Below, one piece after another: positions 28,065 to 37,736 of a stretch of DNA of 64,000 bases; within the stretch, counting starts at the first letter, position 1; the number at the start of each line of letters is the position of its first letter. Where the stretch lies: the NCBI GenBank assembly GCA_964354805.1, contig CAYHBD010000009.1, forward strand, positions 96,001 through 160,000, written 5' to 3'. The position numbers were made by a program, and so were the translations under genes. The DNA comes from an uncultured archaeon. GTDB lineage: Archaea > Iainarchaeota > Iainarchaeia > Iainarchaeales > GCA-2688035. Below the pieces are notes generated by a model, which saw nothing but the letters and a program-made list of their open reading frames with translations, was not told where the DNA came from and did no database searches.

Positions 28065-28667
28065 ATGCGGCTGGTAAGGCAGGGAGCAGAGGCAAAGCTG
28101 TTCAGAACAGAATTTGAGGGAAAGCCCGCGCTCTTGAAGCAGCGTTTGCCAAAAGATTACAGGTGCAATGAGTTGGATGAAAGGCTGAGGAAGGAAAGAA
28201 CAACAGTGGAGGGAAATCTGCTGAGGGCCGCAAGGCAGCTTGGCATCAACACACCGCTCGTTTTCTCAGTTGAAAAGGGGAAGAGCGAAATATTAATGCA
28301 ATTCATTTCCGGGCCCAGGGTAAAAGACGTTTTAAGCAAAAAGAACCTGAAAATCTGTAGTGACATTGGCAAAGCAATTGCACTAATGCACGAAAGCAAT
28401 CTGATTCACGGCGACCTGACCACTTCAAATATTCTGCTTGACGGAAAAAAGTTGTTCTTTATTGATTTTGGATTGGGCTACCGCAGCAGCAAGCTGGAGG
28501 ACAAGGCAGTTGATTTGCTTGTTTTCAAAAAAACATTTGAGGCAACCCACTGCAAGCTGATGCCAAAAGGCTGGGAGAAAATAATTGGGGGCTATCTGCA
28601 GGCAGGCGGCTCAGATGGCATTGTAAAACAGATGCAGAAAGTGGAGCAAAGAGTGAGGTACCATTAG
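28065..28667 (+). CDS. bud32: KEOPS kinase/ATPase Bud32
   Basis: QGAEA, K.RLPK.YR..ELD, HGDLTTSN, IDFGL, EDKAVDL, R.RY. Confidence 0.96.
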   Translation: MRLVRQGAEAKLFRTEFEGKPALLKQRLPKDYRCNELDERLRKERTTVEGNLLRAARQLGINTPLVFSVEKGKSEILMQFISGPRVKDVLSKKNLKICSDIGKAIALMHESNLIHGDLTTSNILLDGKKLFFIDFGLGYRSSKLEDKAVDLLVFKKTFEATHCKLMPKGWEKIIGGYLQAGGSDGIVKQMQKVEQRVRYH

Positions 28668-28881
28668 GCAGCAAAAAGGCTTTGCCGAAGGCAGTTTTCC
28701 CAAGGCTTTTTCCAGGGGGAAAAAGGCTTTTTAAATGTTTTGAAAGCAAAGGTATTTACAATTTTTAGTTTTTTCTTTCCCGTTTCAGTAAGAGCGGGAA
28801 GGTAGCTGCTGAAAAGCGGTGATTCTTGGCAAAAAATGAAAATGGCTGGCAAGGTAAACCCAATCGTTTTTGGTGATTTTA

Positions 28882-29580
28882 TTGGCAAAAAAGAAGGAAG
28901 AGCAAAAAGAGGGCAGGGAAGCCAAGCGGGAAAAGGCTAGCGATAAGAAGGCTGCGAAAGAAAAGGAAGAAGAGAAACAGAAAGCTGCCGAAAAAAAGCC
29001 CAGGCAGCACAAGCCGAGGGTAACGGAATTGGAGCACAAGCTGGCTGAGGCACAGGAAAAGCTTAGGCAGAAAAAGGAGAAAGAGGCCAAAGAGGAGGGC
29101 AAAGCAGCTGAAAAAGCCACTGCTGAAAAGCCGCTGCATGCAAAGGAAGGTCTGCCTGAAAGACTGCACAGGGAGCGGAAGCCGGGAGTTCCTGCATGGG
29201 TTGAATTAAAGCCAGCTGAGGCAGTTGAGGCAATGGTTAATCTGGCTAACGCAGGGCACAGCAGCAGCGAGATTGGAATGCTTTTGAGGGACCAGTACGG
29301 GGTTCCAAACATTAAGGCATTGTGCGGCAAGAGCATTGAAGAGATTCTTGCAGAGCACAAATTGCTGCCTGAGATTCCATCAGACCTGATGAATTTGATT
29401 AAGAGAAGCGTTAATTTAAACAAGCACCTTGCGAAAAACAGGAAGGATTTCACTGCAAAAAGGGGCCTGCAGCTCAGTGTCGCAAAAATCAGGAACCTTG
29501 TAACTTACTACAAGAGAAAGGGCAAGCTGCCAATGGACTGGCATTACAGCGAGGAAACAGCAGCATTGCTGGTGAAGTGA
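28882..29580 (+). CDS. rps15: 30S ribosomal protein uS15 with long K/E/A-rich N-terminal extension
   Basis: SEIG..LRDQYGVP, PEIP.DL.NL, H...NRKD..AKRGL; TTG start after GGTGA. Confidence 0.93.
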   Translation: MAKKKEEQKEGREAKREKASDKKAAKEKEEEKQKAAEKKPRQHKPRVTELEHKLAEAQEKLRQKKEKEAKEEGKAAEKATAEKPLHAKEGLPERLHRERKPGVPAWVELKPAEAVEAMVNLANAGHSSSEIGMLLRDQYGVPNIKALCGKSIEEILAEHKLLPEIPSDLMNLIKRSVNLNKHLAKNRKDFTAKRGLQLSVAKIRNLVTYYKRKGKLPMDWHYSEETAALLVK

Positions 29581-29599
29581 TATTAAAAAAGTGAATTAA

Positions 29600-29722
29600 A
29601 TGGATTGTGGTTTTGTTTTGAAAAAGCAGGGCAAAGTGATTGCAAAACAGAAAGGGATTGCTGACTTGCAGCAAATGCTTTGTGCAATTGACGCAGTAAT
29701 CACGAAAGAGCAGGGCAACTGA
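29600..29722 (+). CDS. Putative 40-aa small protein between rps15 and rps3ae
   Basis: MDCGFVLKKQGKVIAKQKGIADLQQMLCAIDAVITKEQGN*. Confidence 0.35.
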   Translation: MDCGFVLKKQGKVIAKQKGIADLQQMLCAIDAVITKEQGN

Positions 29723-29770
29723 AAATGGATGCTGAAAAAGGAAAAAATGGTGGAACAAAGGTGACTGAGA

Positions 29771-30379
29771 ATGGCTGCTGAGAAAGAGAAGAAGGCAAGG
29801 GTTGTTGACAAGTGGAAGAAAAAGCAGTGGTTTGAACTGGTTGCGCCGAAAGAGTTTGATGAAAAGGTCATTGGCGAAACAATTGCTGAAAAAGAGAAAA
29901 ACCTTTTGAACAGGGTTGTGAGCGTTAATCTGGGCGACCTGAGCGGCCAGAGGCAGAGAAGGCACATAAGCATCTTGTTCAAGGTAGTGCAGGTTGAAGG
30001 AAAGAGGGCGAAAACAATTGCAATTGGCCACAGCATAAGCGGGGGCTTTGTGAACAGAATGATCAGGCGGAGAATGAGCAAGCTTGAGGTAACCCAGCAG
30101 ATTGACATTGCTGAAGGAAAAAAACTGAAGGTCAAAACCATTGTTCTTTCTGTTAAAAAGCTGAGCAGCAAGCAGGAAACTGCCCTGCGAAACCAGCTGG
30201 CTGAAAGGATTGAAAAAATGTACAGGAAAAAGACAGAGCTGCAGACAATGCAGGAATTGTTTTTCGGAGTCACGGCATCCAAGCTTTTCAAGCCACTTTT
30301 AAAGATCGCGCCACTGAAGAAAATCGAAGTGATTGAAAGCAGGCTGATTGGACAAGGGGCAATTGAACAAAAGGCTTAA
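29771..30379 (+). CDS. rps3ae: 30S ribosomal protein eS1 (S3Ae)
   Basis: DKWKKKQWF.LVAP..F, IGET, RRR.SK. Confidence 0.95.
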   Translation: MAAEKEKKARVVDKWKKKQWFELVAPKEFDEKVIGETIAEKEKNLLNRVVSVNLGDLSGQRQRRHISILFKVVQVEGKRAKTIAIGHSISGGFVNRMIRRRMSKLEVTQQIDIAEGKKLKVKTIVLSVKKLSSKQETALRNQLAERIEKMYRKKTELQTMQELFFGVTASKLFKPLLKIAPLKKIEVIESRLIGQGAIEQKA

Positions 30380-30454
30380 AGAAAAATTGAATGACTGAAT
30401 TAAATTTAAATAAGTTAACGCAGGCTGATTGGATAGAACTGTCGAAGGGAAAGT

Positions 30455-31138
30455 ATGACTGAACTGCTGCATGCGGCAATAGTTCTGGCTGTTTTGTGCA
30501 TTTTCTCAATTGTGAGCTATAAAAAAAAGCTGCTTGACTTTGAAGGCATTCTTGTTGCAAACATCGTTGGCTTATTCATTTTTTTGCTTGGGAACATTGT
30601 AAATTTTCTTTTCATCGTTTTCTTTTTCATAATAGCCGAAGCCAGCACTATTTTTGCAAGGAAAAACAGTAGAACAAAACATGAAGTGAGGACAACCGGA
30701 AACATTTTGGGCAACAGCGGAGCAGCTGTTCTTTCCCTCATATTCAATTTTCCTTTCGGTTTCTTTGCTGCATTGTCAGCTGCTTTGGCTGACACGCTGA
30801 GCAGCGAAATAGGCCTGCTTTCAAAAAGAAAACCTGTCCTGATAACAACACTGGAAAAAGTGCCGCACGGCACTGATGGTGGGGTTACACCGCTCGGAAT
30901 GTACGCTGCGCTGGCAGGCGCTGCAGCGATTGCCTCAATCCACTTTTATTTGCAGCAAAACCTTTTGCTTTTTCTTGTTTTGATTGCAAGCGGTTTTATC
31001 GGCAGCACTGTTGACAGCTTCTTCGGCGCAGTATTCGAAAGAAAAAAAATGCTGAACAACGCCGAAGTAAACTTTTTGGGCAGCTGCGGCGGGGTTGCAG
31101 CAGGGCTTCTTTTAATCAGGCTGGCTGCAATCTTGTAA
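30455..31138 (+). CDS. DUF92/TMEM19 family membrane protein
   Basis: ADTLSSEIG, V..GTDGGVT..G, DS.FGA, N..VNF. Confidence 0.92.
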   Translation: MTELLHAAIVLAVLCIFSIVSYKKKLLDFEGILVANIVGLFIFLLGNIVNFLFIVFFFIIAEASTIFARKNSRTKHEVRTTGNILGNSGAAVLSLIFNFPFGFFAALSAALADTLSSEIGLLSKRKPVLITTLEKVPHGTDGGVTPLGMYAALAGAAAIASIHFYLQQNLLLFLVLIASGFIGSTVDSFFGAVFERKKMLNNAEVNFLGSCGGVAAGLLLIRLAAIL

Positions 31139-31205
31139 GTTTTGCCAAAGTGCCACAATCAGCTTTCAAAAGCCAGTTTGTCTGAAACCCGCCAATTTTT
31201 GCAGG

Positions 31206-32126
31206 CTATGACTGTATGCTCGGCTGCTGGCTTTCAAACATGCCCTGCTTCATCCCAAAGCCGAAGCTGTAGCCTGCGCTGCCTAATAAGTCGAGCAAGC
31301 TCGCTTCCTTTTTTCCAAAATCAACTGTTTCAGGGGACTCAATGCCTGCAAACTGGGCTGCCTTTGCTATTGCATCCTGCTTTGTGCCAAGCCCGTCAAT
31401 CAGGCCTGCTGCAAGCGCCTGCTCTCCGCTCAAAATCCTGCCGTCGCTCAAGCGCTCAAACTCGGCTCTATTCAGCCTTTCGCCCCTGAATTTGATTATA
31501 TCTCCCTTGAAGTGCTTGAATGCGCTGGACAAAATTTCCTGCATTATTTCAAGCTGCTCTGCATCCATTTCTTCGAACATGCTGCCCATTGCCTTGTTCT
31601 CGCCTTCCTTCAGAACCCGCACTTTCACGCCGTATTTTTTCAGCAGTTCCTCAATGTTTGCAACAATGCTTATCACCCCAATGCTGCCGGTCAGGCTATC
31701 CGCATCGGCAACAACGTAGTCGCTGGCTGCCGCAACATAGTATGCGCCGCTTGCTCCAAGGTCTCCAATCCATGCAACAACCTTTTTGCTCTTCTTTGCT
31801 TCCTGCACTGCAGCAACTATTTGCTTTGTTGCAACAATGCTGCCGCCAGGGCTGTCAATGTCAAGTAATATTGCTGCAATGCTGGGGTCATCAGCTGCCT
31901 GCTGGACTTTCTCGGCTATTTCACTGCTGCTTAATTCCGTTACAAAAGAGGACTTTTCGGCTTCAATGCTGCCCTTTACAGGGATTACGGCGATTTTGCC
32001 TGAAAAAAGGCTGAATGAAGGAGAGAGAACAAGCAATGCGCTGAACAAAAAAGCCAGGCCGATCAAGGCAACCAAGCCAAGCACTACGGCAATTAGAATC
32101 TTGTTCATCCCAAAAAACCCGGACAT
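31206..32126 (-). CDS. sppA: Signal peptide peptidase SppA (S49)
   Basis: IDSPGG, ASGAYY, TGSIGV, G.IDGLG. Confidence 0.93.
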   Translation of the reverse strand: MSGFFGMNKILIAVVLGLVALIGLAFLFSALLVLSPSFSLFSGKIAVIPVKGSIEAEKSSFVTELSSSEIAEKVQQAADDPSIAAILLDIDSPGGSIVATKQIVAAVQEAKKSKKVVAWIGDLGASGAYYVAAASDYVVADADSLTGSIGVISIVANIEELLKKYGVKVRVLKEGENKAMGSMFEEMDAEQLEIMQEILSSAFKHFKGDIIKFRGERLNRAEFERLSDGRILSGEQALAAGLIDGLGTKQDAIAKAAQFAGIESPETVDFGKKEASLLDLLGSAGYSFGFGMKQGMFESQQPSIQS

Positions 32127-32269
32127 TATAACACCAATTGCCCTGCAACAGTATAAAAATTTAATTGCCCCTCTTACCTTATAAATTTAATAACCATCCA
32201 CCCGTTAAACAAAAAACCTGAATTAAAAAATTAAAATCTTAGAATTAAACAAAAAAAAGTGGTTTTTCG

Positions 32270-32794
32270 GTGAGCCCAGATTTCATTCTCTTCGTTGCAA
32301 GAGCAAGCCTGATGGCGATTCCGCTCTACTTATGCAACAGCATGGCCCTGGTTTTCGGAGGCAAAAAGCCAATCGATTTTGGAAAAAAATTCACGGATGG
32401 AAAGCGACTGCTTGGAGACGGCAAAACAATCAGGGGAACAATTGCAGGAATCGCAATCAGCTCGGCAGCAGCGCTTGCCCTGAGCGCAATATTCCCTGAA
32501 ACTACGATTTTTTTGAACGCAAACTACGCTCTTTACGGCACACTGCTCGCAATCGGGGCGGTTGCAGGTGACTTTGCAGGCAGCTTCGCGAAAAGGCGCA
32601 GGGGCATTGAAAGGGGCGGAAGCGTTTTCCTGCTTGACCAGCTCGGCTTCGTTATTGCAGGGCTTGCGTTCGGCTGCCTGCTTGCCCAGCCGACAGCGCT
32701 TGAATTTTTTTTCCTGCTTGCATTCACAATGCTGGCGCACGTCATCGGCAACAGGATTGCCTTTCTGGCGAAAATAAAAAAAGTCCCATGGTAA
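32270..32794 (+). CDS. carS: CDP-archaeol synthase
   Basis: PIDFG..F.DG.RLLGDGKT.RG, GD..GSF.KRR.G..RG, LDQL.F, K.VPW. Confidence 0.93.
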   Translation: MSPDFILFVARASLMAIPLYLCNSMALVFGGKKPIDFGKKFTDGKRLLGDGKTIRGTIAGIAISSAAALALSAIFPETTIFLNANYALYGTLLAIGAVAGDFAGSFAKRRRGIERGGSVFLLDQLGFVIAGLAFGCLLAQPTALEFFFLLAFTMLAHVIGNRIAFLAKIKKVPW

Positions 32795-32845
32795 GCGAAT
32801 GCCAAAAAAATAGAAAAAGTAAAAAAAATTTCCAAGGGTAATAAA

Positions 32846-33382
32846 ATGAAAAAAACCAAAAAGGAAAAGAAAAGCCATAGCGCAAAAGCAGCAAAAAAGG
32901 GTTTTGGTAAAAAAGCGGTTATTTTTCTAATCAAATTTTTTGCAATCTACGCAATAGCACAGGCGGCAATTTTAATCGCACCGCTCGGTCCGCTGAAAGA
33001 ATGGATTGCATTAATTGAAGCAAGCGCGCTTGGGCTGCAGGCGCAGGGCAACAATATTTTGTTCAACGCGCATTCTTTTGAAATCACGGCGCAGTGCACT
33101 GGCTTGATGAGCGCAAGCGTTCTTGCGGCAATCGCACTTAGCTTGAAAAAGCCCGGCCAGCGGAAAAAAATCGTGTTAATTGCTGCAGGCGCTGTGCTGC
33201 TCTTCTTCATAAACCTGTTTCGCGTTTATCTTGTCCTGCTTGCAGCAATCGCATTCAATCCTGATGCAGCAGGAACCCTGCACGAAATAACATGGTTCGC
33301 AATGGCTGCGCTAATTATTGTAATATGGTATTATTTGACTAAAAGGATTGCCGGCGCAAAGGCGTTTGCGGAAATGCTGTAA
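32846..33382 (+). CDS. Archaeosortase/exosortase family protein
   Basis: Catalytic-type CTG, N..R and LH residues within TM segments. Confidence 0.8.
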   Translation: MKKTKKEKKSHSAKAAKKGFGKKAVIFLIKFFAIYAIAQAAILIAPLGPLKEWIALIEASALGLQAQGNNILFNAHSFEITAQCTGLMSASVLAAIALSLKKPGQRKKIVLIAAGAVLLFFINLFRVYLVLLAAIAFNPDAAGTLHEITWFAMAALIIVIWYYLTKRIAGAKAFAEML

Positions 33383-33386
33383 AAGA

Positions 33387-33521
33387 TCCACGCCTAAAGG
33401 TGTGGGCTTTGTTAAGCACAATGACAACGCAGAACACGGCTGTGCTATTGGAGCAGGATTCATCCAACAGCCTTTAACAAAGGCTGGCGAAATTTTAATG
33501 CACTTTTTGCTAAAAAGTGCA
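33387..33521. mobile_element. Non-coding triple-hairpin element resembling IS200/IS605 ends (PATE/MITE-like)
   Basis: Hairpins at 33387-33406 (CCACGCCTAAAGGTGTGG), 33468-33486 (preceded by ATTCATCC) and 33499-33521 (perfect 10 bp). Confidence 0.45.
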
Positions 33522-33566
33522 ATCGTTAAAGCAAATGACTTTTTCCTGCACAGGCGTAAAGCAACG

Positions 33567-35177
33567 CTATTTCTTCTCAAGTATTGCTTTTGCGACTTCT
33601 CCGAAGGCTGGCCTTGTGATAAACACTCCGACCAGGACTCCGATTGTGGTTGTGATTGCAAACCCGACCAGCCTGCCCAGACCGAAGCCGAGCAAAATCA
33701 GTGGCATCATTGTTGCAACGCTGACTGATGCAGCAGCCACCACAATAAAGAAAGCCCTCTTTGCCCTAGCCAAGAGGCTGCCGCTTTCTGCATCTATTTC
33801 GCCTTTTCGCAGCTCGTCCGTTATAATAATCTGGTCGTCAACGCCTGTTCCAACAGCCGCAACCAGGCCTGCAATGCTGCCCAAGTCAAATTTGCTTATT
33901 AAGGAAGTGAAAGCAGCAGCCATTACTACCTCGCTAACGCTCCAGAAAATCATGGGCAGAGTCAGCTTCAGTAACCTGTATCTTATGAACAAAATAATGG
34001 CAACAACAATTATTGCAAGCAGCCCCATCAAAAACGCATTCTGCAGGAAGTTCTCTCCAAGCAGCGGGCTGATTGTTTCCTTGCTAATGCTTTTAACTCT
34101 CTGGCTCAGGCTGCCTGATTGCAGGATTATCTCCAAATCGCTTCTCCTCTGCTGCGCTGTTTCAGCTGTAGCGCCGCTGCCGAAAATCTGCAGTTTGTCC
34201 ATTGCCTTTGCGTCCTCAAGCCTTGCGACATCCATCTGGGCAACGCTCTCGCTCAGGCTGATAATGCTACGCATGCCCAGTGCATCGAAAATAAACGGCT
34301 TTTGCTCCGGCACTGGAAACGGCTTTAGCTCAAAGCCCATTGCTGCGAGCTGCTGCTGCAGTTCATTGCCAAAATCGGATGGAATTATTGCATTCTTTTT
34401 CTGCGCAACAAGCGCCTGCAATTGCTGCAATTGCTCTTGGCTGAAATTGTTTCCGTCAACGATAAAATAGGGCAGTGCCCCGTTCGCCAAAACCTCTTTC
34501 ATTTTTGTGCCCTCGGGAATGCCTTCAGCCTGCAGCCCCTGCAATAAAATCTGCTCGTCGTTGTAGTAAATTTTTTTAGGCAGAATCAAAACAGCGTTTT
34601 TCGGCCTGTCTATGAAGAAATAGGTTTTATCGCACTCGTATTCCCTTCCTGCAGTTGGGTCAAAGGAAACAAGCTGGCACCTGTGGAATGTCATTTCCTT
34701 AAAGCGGTTTGCTGCATTTATCCTTAAAATAAAGGGCAGTACCCACCTGAAGCCGTCGCCCTCCTTGTATAGGCCATAGCCCATTGTAGGGTCTTTCTCT
34801 ATGCTGATTTCTTCGCCTGTAAAGAGAACGTTGCCGTCGATTGTTGCCTCGAAAACGCCCTGCTTTTTCAGCAGGCTCTCAATCCTTTCAATCGCGGCAG
34901 GATCTGTTTCGGCAATCTGGGCAATGACAAAGCTGTCGCCAAAAAAGTTCACGCTTGTGTCCCTCAAGCCTGTCCAGTCAAGCCTCTGCTGGACTGTTGT
35001 TATCATTCTTGCCCTTTCAACAGGGTCTGTTATCGGCTCCTCCAACTGAACCTGGAAAAGGGTGCCTCCGCTGAAATCGATTCCAAACTGCATGCCTCTT
35101 AATCCAAGAATCAAAAGAGCAATGCACAGAAAGAAAATCATCAAGAGTATTCTCCAGTTTTTCAACAAAGAAGCCAT
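33567..35177 (-). CDS. secD: Protein translocase subunit SecD
   Basis: GIDFSGG, L.SGSL, ISP.LG, GTGVDDQIIITDE; ATG at 35177 after GGTGA. Confidence 0.95.
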   Translation of the reverse strand: MASLLKNWRILLMIFFLCIALLILGLRGMQFGIDFSGGTLFQVQLEEPITDPVERARMITTVQQRLDWTGLRDTSVNFFGDSFVIAQIAETDPAAIERIESLLKKQGVFEATIDGNVLFTGEEISIEKDPTMGYGLYKEGDGFRWVLPFILRINAANRFKEMTFHRCQLVSFDPTAGREYECDKTYFFIDRPKNAVLILPKKIYYNDEQILLQGLQAEGIPEGTKMKEVLANGALPYFIVDGNNFSQEQLQQLQALVAQKKNAIIPSDFGNELQQQLAAMGFELKPFPVPEQKPFIFDALGMRSIISLSESVAQMDVARLEDAKAMDKLQIFGSGATAETAQQRRSDLEIILQSGSLSQRVKSISKETISPLLGENFLQNAFLMGLLAIIVVAIILFIRYRLLKLTLPMIFWSVSEVVMAAAFTSLISKFDLGSIAGLVAAVGTGVDDQIIITDELRKGEIDAESGSLLARAKRAFFIVVAAASVSVATMMPLILLGFGLGRLVGFAITTTIGVLVGVFITRPAFGEVAKAILEKK

Positions 35178-35179
35178 AT

Positions 35180-35390
35180 TGTCACCAAAAACAATTTTTA
35201 GTTTTCTCTCCAAATTCCAAAAAATCTCCTAAAAAAATTTTAGTTTTCTTTCCAATTTCCCAAAAATCACCCAAAAAAAATTTTGATTCCACCTAATTTC
35301 CCAAAAATGCCAACCTCAAATTACCCCAAAAAAAAATTTTAATTTCCACCCACTTCCAAAAAACCTTTTTCCCAAATCACCTAAAATATT
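35180..35390 (-). repeat. Four to five degenerate tandem units of about 40-55 nt between secF and secD
   Basis: Recurring T-run/GG(T/A)GA junction and TTTGG(G)AAATT motifs on the minus strand. Confidence 0.7.
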
Positions 35391-36460
35391 GTCTTTTTCT
35401 TTGCCCTCTCAACATACCACAGCAGCAGCGGGGCGTTCATCAGCCATGTTCCAATTATGTCTCCAACAAGGCCAAACAGCAGCACTGCTGAGATTTCAAA
35501 AATTATGCTGATCTGGTTGAAGTAAGAGACTACCAACATCACCAGAAGCGCGCCTATTGTTGTGCCAGTCATTGTAAGGCCGGTGTTGAGGCTGCCGTAA
35601 GCCCTTTCAACAGGGCTTTTCTCCTTCCTCTGCAGCATTCTCGAGGTGAGCATTACATCAGTGTCAATGCTGTAACCCAACAGCATCAGCAGTGTTGGAA
35701 TGCTGCTCAGGGACAAAGGTATTGAGAATACAGCCATCATTGCAACAGCGCACCCCACATCAAAGATTCCGCACACTATGACTGCAAAGCTGGGAATGAT
35801 TTTCCTGAAGAAAATGAAAATCACTATGGTTACGAGAATAACCGCGAATATTGCAACATTAAGCCCTGTCTGCCAGAAAGAAGCGCTCAGGGTAGGCGAT
35901 ATCTCCCTTCTCTGGAAAGCACTGCTTTCGGATAATGAAAAGCGCTGCTTGATCAAATCCTGCATTTGCTGGCTGGCATTCTTGCCTGCCTCAATCAAGG
36001 CTAATTCAGCCTTGTTTACCGCCTCTTCAGGCTCACTTGGCAGGGTTGTGTCAGTGAGGTAACGCTTTACGCTTTCCACTGCATCCCTCGCAAGCTGCAG
36101 CGCGGCATCAGGATTATCAGGGTTTGTTTCAAGCGCTGCCCTGGCTGCCTCTACAGATGCTTTTCCTGATTCCAGGGCAGTGTCTGCCGCAAACTGGATG
36201 TTCACGCCGTATCCAGCAGGGCCTGAAACACTGCTTACTTTTAATTCTGTTAGTTCAAAGTTTTGTGAGAGCAGACTGCTCAGTTCTGTTGCATCAATGG
36301 GCTTGTCTGCCCTGATTATCACCATGGTTCCGCCCTTGAAGTCAATTCCCATAGGCACTTTGGGCCATACGAAAATGAGGATAAAGAAGACTATGTATAG
36401 GGCAATCGGAATTGCGAGCAGCATTTTGTAGTTTTTACCGTAGAAGTTTGGCAGCTGCAA
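35381..36460 (-). CDS. secF: Protein translocase subunit SecF
   Basis: GIDFKGG, LLMLLGYSIDTD, TGLTMT.T, GD...TW..NA. Confidence 0.95.
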   Translation of the reverse strand: MQLPNFYGKNYKMLLAIPIALYIVFFILIFVWPKVPMGIDFKGGTMVIIRADKPIDATELSSLLSQNFELTELKVSSVSGPAGYGVNIQFAADTALESGKASVEAARAALETNPDNPDAALQLARDAVESVKRYLTDTTLPSEPEEAVNKAELALIEAGKNASQQMQDLIKQRFSLSESSAFQRREISPTLSASFWQTGLNVAIFAVILVTIVIFIFFRKIIPSFAVIVCGIFDVGCAVAMMAVFSIPLSLSSIPTLLMLLGYSIDTDVMLTSRMLQRKEKSPVERAYGSLNTGLTMTGTTIGALLVMLVVSYFNQISIIFEISAVLLFGLVGDIIGTWLMNAPLLLWYVERAKKKTIF

Positions 36461-36623
36461 TCAAAAAACCCCTTTTTAGCAAAAAAACCATTTTTTCAGC
36501 AAAAAAACCCTTTTTTTAAAGGCTTAAAAAAAGCTTATAACAATAAATTAACTAAAGAATTATTTAAAAAGGTTGGGAAAGAATGAGGCTGCAATCGATT
36601 GGAACAAAAGGGGGTGAAAAGCA

Positions 36624-37697
36624 ATGAGGCTGCAATTGGCATTTCTTCCGCCGCAAAAGGAATTGCTTGAGATAGCTTTCAGCAGGGCAAGAAAGCAGGC
36701 GGAAAAAATTGGCGGGCAAGGGACCAAGCTGCAGAAATCAAAGCAAAAAGCAACCCAAAAAATCATCACAAGCGCGGCTTACTTCACCGAAAAGCTGCAG
36801 CAGGCTGTCCAAGGATTCCCCTCAATGCAAAAACAGCACCCTTTCTACAGGGAGCTAATTGAGGCAACTGTTGATTTGGATGCAATGCTCAGGGCCCTTG
36901 GCCAAATGAGCGCTGCCAGGAGAATAACCGACAGGCTGAAAGGGCAGTACATCGGAAAAATCAGGTCCCTTGGAAAGGGAGAGGAAAAAAAAGCGGCTGA
37001 CCTTGTAAGCGGATTCTACGGCAGGCTTGCATCGCTTGCAAAAACCATGGACAAAGGGATTACAGCATACAACGAGAACGCGAAAAAAATGCTGGAGCTG
37101 CCAAACATAAGATTTGATTTGCCGACGGCAATAATCGCAGGCTATCCGAACACAGGCAAAACAACAATCCTAAGCAGGCTCACAAAAAGCAAGCCAAAAA
37201 TAGCTGCATACCCATTCACAACACAGTATCTGCAAATAGGATACCTTGTGCAAAACTATCTGGAATTCCAGCTGATTGACACCCCTGGCTTGCTTGACAG
37301 GCCTCTTGAGAAAAGAAACAAAATTGAAAGGAAAGCGATTGCTGCCCTGCGGCACCTTGCAAATGCCATAATTTTCGTTGTTGACCCGACAACAAGGTGC
37401 GGATTTGAACTTGAAAAACAAGCGAATTTGTTCAAAGAGATTGCAGAAGAATTCAAGGAAACAAAAATTTTGATTGTCTTAAACAAAGCTGACATCGCAA
37501 GCAAAGAGGAAATGCATGCTGCGAAAGAAGCATTCGGCAAAGCTACAATAGTGGAAGGGCAAGGCATCCACTCCAAACTGCGGGAAAAAATCGCAGAAGC
37601 GCTGAAGGAAAGAACCGAACCAACGCAGCAGGAAAAGGAGGCGGAATCAACGGAAGAAAAGAATACAAGCGAGAGCCAAGGCAAGGCAATTGGTTAA
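36624..37697 (+). CDS. NOG1 family GTP-binding protein
   Basis: HPFY, GYPNTGKT, YPFTT, DTPGLLDRP, NKAD. Confidence 0.93.
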   Translation: MRLQLAFLPPQKELLEIAFSRARKQAEKIGGQGTKLQKSKQKATQKIITSAAYFTEKLQQAVQGFPSMQKQHPFYRELIEATVDLDAMLRALGQMSAARRITDRLKGQYIGKIRSLGKGEEKKAADLVSGFYGRLASLAKTMDKGITAYNENAKKMLELPNIRFDLPTAIIAGYPNTGKTTILSRLTKSKPKIAAYPFTTQYLQIGYLVQNYLEFQLIDTPGLLDRPLEKRNKIERKAIAALRHLANAIIFVVDPTTRCGFELEKQANLFKEIAEEFKETKILIVLNKADIASKEEMHAAKEAFGKATIVEGQGIHSKLREKIAEALKERTEPTQQEKEAESTEEKNTSESQGKAIG

Positions 37698-37736
37698 ATT
37701 TTTATTCAAGAAAGCGCTTATTCTAAAGGATTAAAG

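Noticed and set aside
35180-35390. CRISPR array
   Set aside because: Units are degenerate and low-complexity, with no identical repeats, unique spacers or cas genes
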